The notes under the pieces are model-generated. The model was not told the origin of the DNA. It ran no database searches and was given only the letters and a program-made list of their open reading frames with translations. A program made the position numbers and the translations under genes. Shown piece after piece: positions 29,382 through 39,106 of a stretch of DNA of 64,000 nt (position 1 is its first letter; every line of letters begins with the position of its first letter). Source of the DNA: Lysobacterales bacterium (GTDB lineage: Bacteria; Pseudomonadota; Gammaproteobacteria; Xanthomonadales; Rhodanobacteraceae); NCBI GenBank assembly GCA_038233665.1, contig JBBSVJ010000001.1:13781-77780 (forward strand), given 5' to 3'.

Positions 29382-32300
29382 TCAAAATCTAAAAATACGC
29401 TCTATCGCCTTTTCGGCGGCCTCAAACGAGAAATGCTCGCGAACGTTTTCGAGTCCCTTGGCGGATAGCTTATTCCACAAAAATTCATCGTGGTAGAGCG
29501 CAACAATCGCGTCCGCGTAGGATTCCGCTGTCTCGGCAATCAGCACTTCCTCGCCGGATTTCACGTGCATGCCTTCGACCGCCATCGGCGTGGCGACCAC
29601 GGGTAAGCCATAGCTCATCGCCATGTTGACCTTGCCTTTTACTCCGGCGCCGTAGCGCAGCGGCGCAATCGAGATGCGCGCATCGTCCATGGCCGGGGCA
29701 ATATCCTCGACAAAGCCGTGGACGATGACATGGTCACTGGCCAGGGCATGGATCGCATCAGTGACTTTGCTGCCGATGACATGCAGACGCACATCGGGAA
29801 TCGCGCTCAACACCCGGGGCAGAATTTTGCCGACGAACCAGGTTACGGCATCGCTGTTAGGGGGATGCTGGAAGCCACCAACAAAAAGCAGGTCTCGACG
29901 CGCGGAAAACGGCTTGCGACAGCCGTAGATTTCGTGGACGTTGGACAAAACATCGACAGCCACGCCCGGCGCGTCACGGCTGAGGATCTCCTTCTCGACC
30001 GGACTGACCACAAGGGTCACATCGCATTCGCGCATGATGCCGATTTCCTGAACACGTGTTTTGGCGGAGATGCGCGTCAGATCATCACGCCCTTCAAGTT
30101 CGGCGGCGCGCAATTCGCGCAGATAGTGCAAATCGACCGTGTCGAAAATCAAGCGTGCTTTGCTTGCATAGAGGCGGGCCAGGCCGATGATCTCGGCGGC
30201 GACGTAGTGTCGAGAAAGAACGATGGCATCGAACTCCGAGCCGCGTTCGCGAAACAAGGTCGCCGGATGGTTGTATGGATGATGTAGAACCTCGATACCT
30301 AGTTCCTGCAGAGCGTTTGTATAGCGGTCGACCCGTGCCAGATTGCTCGGCATGAATGCAACGTGGCTGCCATTGCGGCGCAGGATGCGCATCAAATTGA
30401 CCATGCGCAACGAGCCTGAATCCTGATCAGGCATCGGTGTGACCGCATCAATTATCAAGATGCGATGGCGAGCACGGTGTGTGGCCGCAATGTGGATCGG
30501 GGTGCCGGGTGCCGGTTGCTTGCGCAATGCGTCCGACCACTTGTCGAGAAATTTCTGCTGGTTGATAACCTGGAAGCGCTTCATCCCGCTGGCGGTGTCG
30601 GTACCTGCGGTAATGCCTTCGAAATGGACAACGCGTGAGCGCGGTTCGTAGAAGACCTTGAAGCCGGCCGCGCGCACGCCAAAGGCAAGATCGGTGTCCT
30701 CGTAATACGCCGGTGCATAGCGCTGGTCGAAACGCCCAAGTCGCTCGAAAAACTCGCGACGCAACATGATCGCCGCGCCCGAGCAATAGTCGGCTTCGCG
30801 GCGGAACGCGAAACGGGTATCGTCGGGATCCTCAAAGCGGCCGTAGTTCCAGCCAGATCCATCGTTGAAAATAATCCCGCCTGCTTCCTGCAGTCGGCCA
30901 TCCGGATAGACCAGACGTGAGCCGACCAGCCCGGCATCGGGTTCTTCCTCGAAGCAGCGCAACAGTGCTTCGAGCCAGTCTTCGGTGACCACGGTATCGT
31001 TGTTGAGGAACAGAACGAACTCGCCTCGCGCGATTTCGGCGCCGGCATTGCAGGAGCCAACGAAGCCAATGTTTTCTGTATTGCGAATCGAGCGGATGCC
31101 GCCGATTTCGGCCAGCCGCGATGGCGTCGAATCGGTCGATAGATCATCGACGACGATGATTTCAAATGTGCTTGCCGCAGCATGCTCGGCGATCGAGCGC
31201 AGACAGGCGGCGGTGTAGGCGAATTTGTTGTGCACCGGGATGACGATCGACACACGTGGCTGCTCGCTGCCCGGCACGGAAAACGGTGAAAAATCCTCGC
31301 TCGGTGCGGCGAACGTTTCGCGCGTACGGATCGGCTTTACGCCGCGCAGTTCCCGCAGCAGCCGCGTCCAGGTTCCGCCGAGACCATGCTGGACCAGACT
31401 CCCGCGCACACGCCTGAACTGGGCAAGCAGGCGCGATTTGCGAAAGGCGAGTGAGGCGCGTAGATCGCGCAGTGTTGTGGCGATATTTCGCATCGGTTCG
31501 GTGAGCCGCCAGGATCGGCTGGCCATCATGGTTTCATAAGCGGGTTGGAACGGTCGCAAGGCTTCGACTTCGCTATCGAGACGTTGCGCCCACGTGGTGC
31601 GCGTTTCGAGCTCGGTCTTGGTTGCAGCCAACTCGCGATCAAGGCCGTGACCCCAATCGCCGCGACGCTGACTCTCCTCCCGCAGCAACGCCAACTCGAT
31701 CTGCAACTCCCCAAGCCGTTCCTCGCTGCGAGCAAGTTTCTGGCTGCGTGCGGCAAGCAGTTGTGACTCGACGTCGGCTGATCGAAGCGGGTAGCGCAGC
31801 TCGGCCACCGGTGCCAAGCGGAGTGCTTTCGCATAGGCGCGGGCCATCTCGGCAAGATCCGGCTCACGTCGGCTGGCGAGATGATCGCGCACGATTTGCA
31901 GGCGTTCTCGCTGATCGGCCAAGGCGCGGATCTTGGCAATCACATCCTCTGCGATGGCTTCGACATGGAAGCCATCGACGCCGTCTTCGATGCGCTCGAC
32001 AAAAGCGCCAAGTCGCGTCGCGATCACCGGCACGCCAAGGTCGCGCAATTCCGACAAGGTGTAGCCGAAGGTTTCCGCCACAGTCGGCAGCAACACCGCG
32101 GCATCCGCGTTCAATCCGGCGAGCAGTTCGGGCAGATTCTCTCGGGAATAGTCGAGCACGATGTGCACGCCATCCATGCCGAAGAACGAGCGGCCGTCGG
32201 CACCTGCGCCGAGCAGAAATACATCGGCGAATTCGCGCAACGAGGGCAATACTTGTTCGAGCAACTCGGCGCCTTTGCCGCGTCTCACGCGACCGGGAAA

Positions 32301-33896
32301 AACCAGACGCATACGTTCGCGCGCTGGCGGTGTGGTCGCGCGCGCGGACACATTCGGCCACGCCGACAGGCCATGCGCGATAATGGTTGACGGCAAGTCG
32401 GAAAGTTCAGGTGCGAGGCGAAAATCATTGTCGAGTGCCGACTGGCTCGGTGCGATCAATCTCACATTGGCATCGAGCAGGTGCTGAACCGTTGCATCGC
32501 GCAGGGCTTTCCAATGACCGGCATCGGTATTGGCAAACTCAGGGTCGCGACCGAGCCCGGCGAGATCGGTTGCGCGTTGGGCATCGTCGAATCGCAGCGT
32601 GTCGTCGCTGAAGTTCCGATGCAGCAGCGGCCATAGCGGGTAGTGATCGTGCACGACACGAGTTGTCGGCAATCCGGTTTGCAGTACATCGAGACTGTGC
32701 CCGATCAACGAGGAAACGATGATTTCATCGACGCTGTGTTCGAAGAGCAGTTCGCTTAGCAGGCGACGATAGCCCGCGTTGGAAACATCGGTATCGGCAA
32801 TCGCGCAAGGCAACGCGATACGGCGCAGCGGTGCTCCGATCAAGCTTCCATCATGCAAGTCCAACCACTCACCGTGACGACTGCGCTGGTGGCTGCCGCC
32901 GGATTTCAGGATCAGATGGTCGGCGTCGGCAAATGCGCTGCAGAAATCACGCACCCAGCGCTCGGCACCACCGCCCCAGCCGTGCAATACATGCAGGATG
33001 ACCGGCCGCGCAGCGAGACCTGTCTTGCACGGTGTGAGTGGCGTAGCGATGGCTTCGGCGACTTGCTCGCGCAACGTCGCTAGTGGCGAAGGTGGCAGAG
33101 GATCGCGCGGATCAACGCTTTCGTTGGCGCCTTGAAGCAGGCAGCCATGCGCGCCGACATAGCAGTGATCGAGCAAAACCATGCGCAAACCCGTTCCGCC
33201 ATCGCGTAAGCGTTGACCATGCCAAGCCGATGCCAGCGGCGACAGCGCAGTGACATCAATCAGTTGGCGTCGTGAATACGCAAAGCAAAGTGCATCGATG
33301 CGCTCGACGCTAGCGTCACTTGTCACGCCGCCAGGGAGGGGAGAACGGGCAGAATCCAGATTGTCGAGTGGCCCGGCACCCAGCGTGTCAGCTTGTTCGA
33401 TGGCGAGCAGCAGGCGTGGCAGGGCCATTGAGGGCAATTCAGCGTCACTGCGTACGATCAGCAGATCGCGGCCGGGCAGGTGCCTGGACAGCGCCACTGC
33501 CAGTGCAGAGGTCGACTCCTCGCTGACTTCAGCGAGACGAAGTGCGTCGGCATATCCATGTAGCGATACCGACGCGCCAATCAAGATGAGATCTGTCGCA
33601 TCAGAAAGTTGCGCCATGACCTCGGCCAGCCACGACTCAGTGCAAGCCTCCGCGCCGTGCACGCAAAGGCAGATGGATGGCGACAAGGTTTTCTGCACGA
33701 CGGTCCTGAACTCAAACGGACGCGGATTATCGGCGATGCTGGCCGCTACTGCCACGGCGAGGGTCTGCGCGTGATTTGCAGCTTCTATTGGTCGAGGTAG
33801 AAAAATCAGTGGAGTGAAGTCGGATTTTTGATGGATCACACGTTCATGGAGGATCGATCGACCAAAAGAAACTGTGCGGTAAAGGCTGGTTTGCAA
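29382..33896 (-). CDS. Large multidomain glycosyltransferase (GT4-like + coiled coil + GT2 + GT4-like)
   Basis: LHVLHGWGGGAERW, ETFGYTLSE, VSIVIPVHNK/VVDD/FLNNDT and GAGVKGKVNMAMSYG. The true start is uncertain and may be up to about 70 codons later. Confidence 0.88.
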   Translation of the reverse strand: MQTSLYRTVSFGRSILHERVIHQKSDFTPLIFLPRPIEAANHAQTLAVAVAASIADNPRPFEFRTVVQKTLSPSICLCVHGAEACTESWLAEVMAQLSDATDLILIGASVSLHGYADALRLAEVSEESTSALAVALSRHLPGRDLLIVRSDAELPSMALPRLLLAIEQADTLGAGPLDNLDSARSPLPGGVTSDASVERIDALCFAYSRRQLIDVTALSPLASAWHGQRLRDGGTGLRMVLLDHCYVGAHGCLLQGANESVDPRDPLPPSPLATLREQVAEAIATPLTPCKTGLAARPVILHVLHGWGGGAERWVRDFCSAFADADHLILKSGGSHQRSRHGEWLDLHDGSLIGAPLRRIALPCAIADTDVSNAGYRRLLSELLFEHSVDEIIVSSLIGHSLDVLQTGLPTTRVVHDHYPLWPLLHRNFSDDTLRFDDAQRATDLAGLGRDPEFANTDAGHWKALRDATVQHLLDANVRLIAPSQSALDNDFRLAPELSDLPSTIIAHGLSAWPNVSARATTPPARERMRLVFPGRVRRGKGAELLEQVLPSLREFADVFLLGAGADGRSFFGMDGVHIVLDYSRENLPELLAGLNADAAVLLPTVAETFGYTLSELRDLGVPVIATRLGAFVERIEDGVDGFHVEAIAEDVIAKIRALADQRERLQIVRDHLASRREPDLAEMARAYAKALRLAPVAELRYPLRSADVESQLLAARSQKLARSEERLGELQIELALLREESQRRGDWGHGLDRELAATKTELETRTTWAQRLDSEVEALRPFQPAYETMMASRSWRLTEPMRNIATTLRDLRASLAFRKSRLLAQFRRVRGSLVQHGLGGTWTRLLRELRGVKPIRTRETFAAPSEDFSPFSVPGSEQPRVSIVIPVHNKFAYTAACLRSIAEHAAASTFEIIVVDDLSTDSTPSRLAEIGGIRSIRNTENIGFVGSCNAGAEIARGEFVLFLNNDTVVTEDWLEALLRCFEEEPDAGLVGSRLVYPDGRLQEAGGIIFNDGSGWNYGRFEDPDDTRFAFRREADYCSGAAIMLRREFFERLGRFDQRYAPAYYEDTDLAFGVRAAGFKVFYEPRSRVVHFEGITAGTDTASGMKRFQVINQQKFLDKWSDALRKQPAPGTPIHIAATHRARHRILIIDAVTPMPDQDSGSLRMVNLMRILRRNGSHVAFMPSNLARVDRYTNALQELGIEVLHHPYNHPATLFRERGSEFDAIVLSRHYVAAEIIGLARLYASKARLIFDTVDLHYLRELRAAELEGRDDLTRISAKTRVQEIGIMRECDVTLVVSPVEKEILSRDAPGVAVDVLSNVHEIYGCRKPFSARRDLLFVGGFQHPPNSDAVTWFVGKILPRVLSAIPDVRLHVIGSKVTDAIHALASDHVIVHGFVEDIAPAMDDARISIAPLRYGAGVKGKVNMAMSYGLPVVATPMAVEGMHVKSGEEVLIAETAESYADAIVALYHDEFLWNKLSAKGLENVREHFSFEAAEKAIERIFRF

Positions 33897-33948
33897 GCCG
33901 ACCGAGCGAACGTCGGCAGACTGCTAAACTGGCGATCACTCCAGCCGT

Positions 33949-36255
33949 GTGCGATTTGCCTTGCTACGACGTTTGATTGCCTTCCTCGCCTTGCTCTGGC
34001 GTTTGCTGCGTGCTCCGATCCTGTTGGGCTTCGGCGCGCTGCTCGGGTTTCTTATCCCCTATACGATCACCCTAGATCACCAGGTGCGTGAACGTTTCGA
34101 TGATCTGAGCTGGCAGGTTCCGAGTCGAGTTTTCGCGCGGCCGCTGGATCTGGCTCCGGGTCGGCCGCTGAATGTCGATACCTTGTTGCTAGAGCTGGAA
34201 GCCTCACGCTATCGCCCGGCGCCATCGGCGCTTGCGCCCGGAAGCTTTGCACGCAATGGCAATCACTTCGAGATCGCCCGGCGTGCCTTTGCCGGCATCG
34301 ATGGCCGCTATCCGGCACAGCTTCTGGCGCTCGATCTGAACGACGGGCGCGTGGCCAATCTCATCGATGGCAAAACCGGCAAAGCCTTGCATCAGGCTGA
34401 ACTCGATCCCGCTCGCATTGCCACATTGTATGGATCGCAGCAGGAAGAGCGACGCCTGGTACAGCTCGAACAGTTGCCCGCGCTGCTGGTGAGCGGCCTG
34501 CAAGCGGTCGAGGATCGCGACTTCAAGCATCACTTCGGCATTGATCCGGTGGCGATCCTGCGCGCGTCGTGGGCCAACCTGAGCGCCGGTCGCGTTGTCC
34601 AGGGTGGCTCGACGCTGACCCAGCAACTGGTCAAGAACCTTTTTCTGGATCGTGGACGCAGCTACATGCGCAAGATCAACGAGGCGTTGATCGCCTTGCT
34701 GATCGAGTTTCGCTACGACAAACGACGCATTCTCGAGGCCTACGTCAACGAAATCTTCCTCGGGCAACAAGGTGGACAGGCGGTGCACGGTTTCGCGGCT
34801 GCGTCGGAATTCTATTTCGGTCGCGAGGTCGAGGCGCTCGGACCGGCTGATATCGCCTTGCTGGTGGGTCTGGTGCAGGGGCCCAGCTACTACGATCCTC
34901 GACGCGCACCGAAACGCGCGCTGGCACGGCGCAATCTGGTTCTCGATCAATTCCACGATACTGGCCTGATCAACGCCAAGGTGCTCGCCAGTGCCGACAA
35001 GGAACCGCTCGGCATCCGCGCCAATGGCGCCTTGCCACGCAACCGTTTTCCGGCGTTCCTCGAACTTGTGCGTCAGCAATTGCGTCGTGATTTTGCCGAT
35101 CATGAGCTGGATGCCGCGGGTCTGACCATTCACACCACGTTGGCACCCTCGGCCCAGCTCCAGGCCGAGGCGGCACTCGATGTGACCCTCAAGAATCTCG
35201 GCAAGCGTGATGCGGGTGTGGAGTCGGCGGTTGTTGTCACCTCGGTGCCGAATGGCGAGGTTGAGGCGCTGATCGGTAGTCGCAATGCTGATTCGCCAGG
35301 CTTCAACCGCGCGCTTGATGCGCGCCGGCCGATTGGTTCGCTGGTCAAGCCTTTCGTTTATCTGGTCGCACTGGCGCAGCCGCAGCGCTATTCGCTGGCC
35401 AGCCTGATCGATGATGCGCCGGTCGATATGCCACAACCCGACGGAACGCGCTGGATTCCAAAGAACGACGATGGTGACGTGCATGGCAAGGTCTTGCTGA
35501 TCGATGCGTTGAAAAACAGCTGGAATCTGGCCACGGTGCATCTCGGTTTGCGGCTCGGCGTCGACAAGGTGCGCGGTCTGCTCGAATCCTTCGGTCTTGG
35601 TCGCACCATCAATCCGAACCCGTCGTTGTTGCTCGGCGCGGTTGATCTGAGTCCGTTCGATGTTGCCCAGCTCTACCAGTATTTCGCTGCCGATGGCCAT
35701 GCCGTGCCCTTGCGCGCTGTGCGGGGTGTCATTGATGGCAAGGGTCACACCTTGTCGCGGTTCGGGGTCAGTCCCGGAACCGGGGATTACGTGACCGCCT
35801 CGCGTCTGGTTACCTGGGCCATGCAGCAAGTTGTCGAATCGGGAACAGCGCGTTCGATCGGTGCGGCCGGTCTCGGCAATCTGCATGCCGCCGGCAAGAC
35901 CGGCACCAGTGATACTCAGCGCGATTCGTGGTTCGCCGGATTCACCGGCAGCCAGCTCGGCGTGGTTTGGGTCGGTCGTGATGACAATCGCCCAACCGGT
36001 TTGTATGGATCAACCGGTGCACTCAAGGTCTGGATTGATCTGTTCAAGCGGCTACCCGCGCAAGCCTTGAACCCGCCCGAGGAGGGCATCGAGCGTGTCT
36101 GGATAGATCCCGAGAATGGCCGCCTCAGTGATTCGGTTTGCTCAGGAGCGCGTGAACTTCCTTTTATCGCGGGCTATGCTCCGACCAATCGTGAAGGCTG
36201 CGCGATGGATCGTATTCGCGAGTGGTTCGGTGGCAAAGACGCCAGCCAACCCTGA
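33949..36255 (+). CDS. mrcB: Penicillin-binding protein 1B
   Basis: TM helix, UB2H-like region, EDRDF..H.G and GGSTLTQQLVKN (transglycosylase), then SLVK, SWN and KTG (transpeptidase). Confidence 0.95.
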   Translation: MRFALLRRLIAFLALLWRLLRAPILLGFGALLGFLIPYTITLDHQVRERFDDLSWQVPSRVFARPLDLAPGRPLNVDTLLLELEASRYRPAPSALAPGSFARNGNHFEIARRAFAGIDGRYPAQLLALDLNDGRVANLIDGKTGKALHQAELDPARIATLYGSQQEERRLVQLEQLPALLVSGLQAVEDRDFKHHFGIDPVAILRASWANLSAGRVVQGGSTLTQQLVKNLFLDRGRSYMRKINEALIALLIEFRYDKRRILEAYVNEIFLGQQGGQAVHGFAAASEFYFGREVEALGPADIALLVGLVQGPSYYDPRRAPKRALARRNLVLDQFHDTGLINAKVLASADKEPLGIRANGALPRNRFPAFLELVRQQLRRDFADHELDAAGLTIHTTLAPSAQLQAEAALDVTLKNLGKRDAGVESAVVVTSVPNGEVEALIGSRNADSPGFNRALDARRPIGSLVKPFVYLVALAQPQRYSLASLIDDAPVDMPQPDGTRWIPKNDDGDVHGKVLLIDALKNSWNLATVHLGLRLGVDKVRGLLESFGLGRTINPNPSLLLGAVDLSPFDVAQLYQYFAADGHAVPLRAVRGVIDGKGHTLSRFGVSPGTGDYVTASRLVTWAMQQVVESGTARSIGAAGLGNLHAAGKTGTSDTQRDSWFAGFTGSQLGVVWVGRDDNRPTGLYGSTGALKVWIDLFKRLPAQALNPPEEGIERVWIDPENGRLSDSVCSGARELPFIAGYAPTNREGCAMDRIREWFGGKDASQP

Positions 36256-36337
36256 TCACGGAACAAACGCGATGGGATTCAGAAGGTTTGCAATTGACGT
36301 TATGCTTGGGCGCTTCAGCACAACGTATAGACCTGCC

Positions 36338-36874
36338 ATGAGAGTTGTTCTCCGCAAGCTCCGTCCCCTGGTTCTTTTCACTCTGTCTAGCGCGCTGATG
36401 GCGTGCACAAGTTCCAATCCCGCGCAGAAGACCAGTCTGGTCCGGCCCGAGACGGATTTGGTCGGGGCGGTCAAACGAATTCGCGCGGCCAATGCGGGCA
36501 ATGACTCGGCCTTGCAGGTCAATCCTTTGCGCGATCCGGCGCTGCAAGGCTTTTTACTCAAGGCCGAGCAGGCCGAGCAATTGCAGCGACTCGATGATGC
36601 CCGCAGCGCGATCCTCAAAGCACGAGAGCTTGCTCCGGACGCGCCGGATATCCTGCAGAAGGAGGCCGAGATCGAGTTTCTGCGCGGCGATGTTGTCGAT
36701 GCCGAAAAGCTGGCGTATGAGAGTTTCAAGAGCGGACCTCAGGTCGGCACCCTTTGCGTGCAGAACTGGCAGACCATCATCGAGGCGCGTAAAAGCTTCG
36801 GCGATACCGATTATCTGGCATACGCCGAGAGTCGGCAGGAGCAATGCAAGGTCAAGCGGCCGGTGCGGCTTTGA
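36338..36874 (+). CDS. TPR-like lipoprotein
   Basis: Lipobox-like LMAC followed by helical TPR-like repeats. Directly after mrcB. Confidence 0.75.
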   Translation: MRVVLRKLRPLVLFTLSSALMACTSSNPAQKTSLVRPETDLVGAVKRIRAANAGNDSALQVNPLRDPALQGFLLKAEQAEQLQRLDDARSAILKARELAPDAPDILQKEAEIEFLRGDVVDAEKLAYESFKSGPQVGTLCVQNWQTIIEARKSFGDTDYLAYAESRQEQCKVKRPVRL

Positions 36875-36945
36875 TCGCGACTCATGGCCGCGCTGCTGCG
36901 CGTTGCAGCAACGCTTTGGCGCCACGCTGAGTAGCCGAAACGAGC

Positions 36946-38880
36946 ATGCATGAATCGGTCGAGGAGTTGCTTGGAAGCAACGGTCCGTTTGCCCGCGAAG
37001 TGCCGGGCTTCGTGCCGCGTGAAGTGCAGCAGCTCATGGCTCGCGCCGTGGCCGACGCCATTGATGATCGGCACGCGCTGATCGCCGAGGCCGGCACCGG
37101 CACCGGCAAGACCTTCGCCTATCTCGTACCCGCAATGATGTCGGGCAAGCGCGTGATCATCTCGACCGGCACCAAGGCCTTGCAGGATCAGTTGTTCCAT
37201 CGCGATCTGCCGCGCGTGCGCAGCGTGCTCGGTGCGCGCTTGTCGGCGGCCCTGCTCAAGGGTAGGGCGAACTATCTTTGTCTGCATCGGCTTGATCAAG
37301 CGCGCAGTGAAGGGCGCTTCGTCAATCGCGAACAGATCAGTCAGTTGCAATCGATCCAAGCTTGGTCGACAGCCACAAAAAGTGGTGATCGGGCCGAACT
37401 TGCCGAATTGCCTGAGGATTCGCCATTGTGGCCGCGGGTCACCTCGACCACCGAGAACTGCCTCGGCAGCGATTGCCCGTTCTTCAGCGATTGCTTCGTG
37501 GTCAAGGCGCGTCGTGCCGCGCAGGAAGCCGACATTGTTGTCGTCAATCATCATTTGCTGTTTGCCGATCTGGCGATCAAGCAGGAGGGTTTCGGCGAGA
37601 TCCTGCCTGGCGCACATGCGTTCATTCTTGACGAGGCGCATCAGGTTCCCGAGTTGGCGGGGCAGTTTTTTTCGATCACCTTGACCGCGCGCCAGTTGAC
37701 CGAACTGGCCAGCGACACCCTGGCTGAGTGCGCAGCGGCGAGTGGCGCGCTGGCGACCTTGCAGCCGCTGATTGAAGCGATTACGCCGTCGGTGCGGCGC
37801 CTGCGCCTGGTTCTCGATCGATTCCCAGCGAAGGCGGCCTTTGTTGTCATCGAGCGCGACGCCGAGGTCGAGCGAGAGCTTGACGGCCTGCGCAGTGCCC
37901 TTGACGAACTCGCCAGCGGACTTGATGCCCATGCCGAACGCAGTCGCGGGCTCGCCGCCGTTCACGAGCGCGCCATGGCGATGAGTGCGCGGCTCACCCA
38001 GCTCTGTGATTCCGGTGCGCGTGATTCGGTGCATTGGTATGAATTGACGGCGCATGGGTTCGCTCTGCACGCGACTCCGCTGGATCTGTCGCAAGCGCTC
38101 AGCGAGTTGCGCGAGCAAAGTCATGCGGCCTGGATTTTCACCTCGGCGACCTTGTCGATTGCCGGGCGCTTTGATCATTTTGCTCGCCAGCTCGGTCTGC
38201 AGGATCCCGCTTCGCTGTGTCTCGACAGTCCATTTGACTATGCCCACCAGGCGCTGGCGTATCTTCCGAAAGGTCTGCCTGAGCCGAGCGCACGCGACTA
38301 CACGGATAAAGTGATCGAGGCTGTGCTGCCCGTGCTCGAAGCCTCCGCCGGGCGTGCGTTTCTGCTATTCACTTCGCATCGCGCCTTGCGCCGTGCTGCA
38401 GAGTTGCTCGAAGGTCGCGTGCCGTATCCCTTGTTCGTGCAAGGTTCGGCACCACGCCATCAATTGCTCAAGGGGTTTCGCGAATCCGGCAATGGCGTGC
38501 TGCTCGGCGCGGCAAGTTTCTGGGAGGGCGTCGATGTCGCCGGTGAAGCGCTCAGCGTGGTCGTCATCGACAAGCTGCCGTTCGCCGCTCCTGATGATCC
38601 GGTGCTCGTTGCGCGACTGGAGGTGTTAAGAGAATCGGGGCTCAATCCGTTTGTGGAGTGGCAGATTCCCAACGCCGTGATCGCGCTCAAGCAGGGCACA
38701 GGGCGCTTGATTCGCGACATCAACGATCGCGGTGTCCTTGTCCTCTGTGATCCGCGTCTGACCAGCAAGGGCTACGGGCGGATTTTTCTCGCCAGCTTGC
38801 CGGCGATGCCAAGAACGAAAGAGTTTGCTGCAGTCGCAACATTTTTTTCGGTCGACAGTGAGTCTCCGTCGCAGGGTTGA
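36946..38880 (+). CDS. yoaA: ATP-dependent DNA helicase, DinG/YoaA family
   Basis: EAGTGTGKT, Fe-S Cys residues (NYLC, C..SDCP...DC), DEAH, FWEGVD and QGTGRLIR. Confidence 0.92.
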   Translation: MHESVEELLGSNGPFAREVPGFVPREVQQLMARAVADAIDDRHALIAEAGTGTGKTFAYLVPAMMSGKRVIISTGTKALQDQLFHRDLPRVRSVLGARLSAALLKGRANYLCLHRLDQARSEGRFVNREQISQLQSIQAWSTATKSGDRAELAELPEDSPLWPRVTSTTENCLGSDCPFFSDCFVVKARRAAQEADIVVVNHHLLFADLAIKQEGFGEILPGAHAFILDEAHQVPELAGQFFSITLTARQLTELASDTLAECAAASGALATLQPLIEAITPSVRRLRLVLDRFPAKAAFVVIERDAEVERELDGLRSALDELASGLDAHAERSRGLAAVHERAMAMSARLTQLCDSGARDSVHWYELTAHGFALHATPLDLSQALSELREQSHAAWIFTSATLSIAGRFDHFARQLGLQDPASLCLDSPFDYAHQALAYLPKGLPEPSARDYTDKVIEAVLPVLEASAGRAFLLFTSHRALRRAAELLEGRVPYPLFVQGSAPRHQLLKGFRESGNGVLLGAASFWEGVDVAGEALSVVVIDKLPFAAPDDPVLVARLEVLRESGLNPFVEWQIPNAVIALKQGTGRLIRDINDRGVLVLCDPRLTSKGYGRIFLASLPAMPRTKEFAAVATFFSVDSESPSQG

Positions 38881-39106
38881 GGGTGGTCAGCGCCTTCAGG
38901 TGGAGTGCGTGAATATCGTGCGTCTTCAGTCCACTCATGCTGAACAAACTGAATACGCTGAACCAAGCCTTGTGCATTTGCCCGAGTAAGAGTCCGATGC
39001 TATAAAACAAGGTCTGTCGATCCGGACTTCAGCAATGAAGCGTCGACGGCGAGTGCAAGTACCTCCCTATTTTATACCTTTTAGATTTTCCAACTGGAGT
39101 CTGGTA

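Noticed and set aside
34204-35886. Long antisense ORFs (also 9513-10595, 19562-20590, 36811-38247, 50830-52074 and others)
   Set aside because: They are shadow frames of well-supported genes in high-GC DNA and carry no recognisable motifs.
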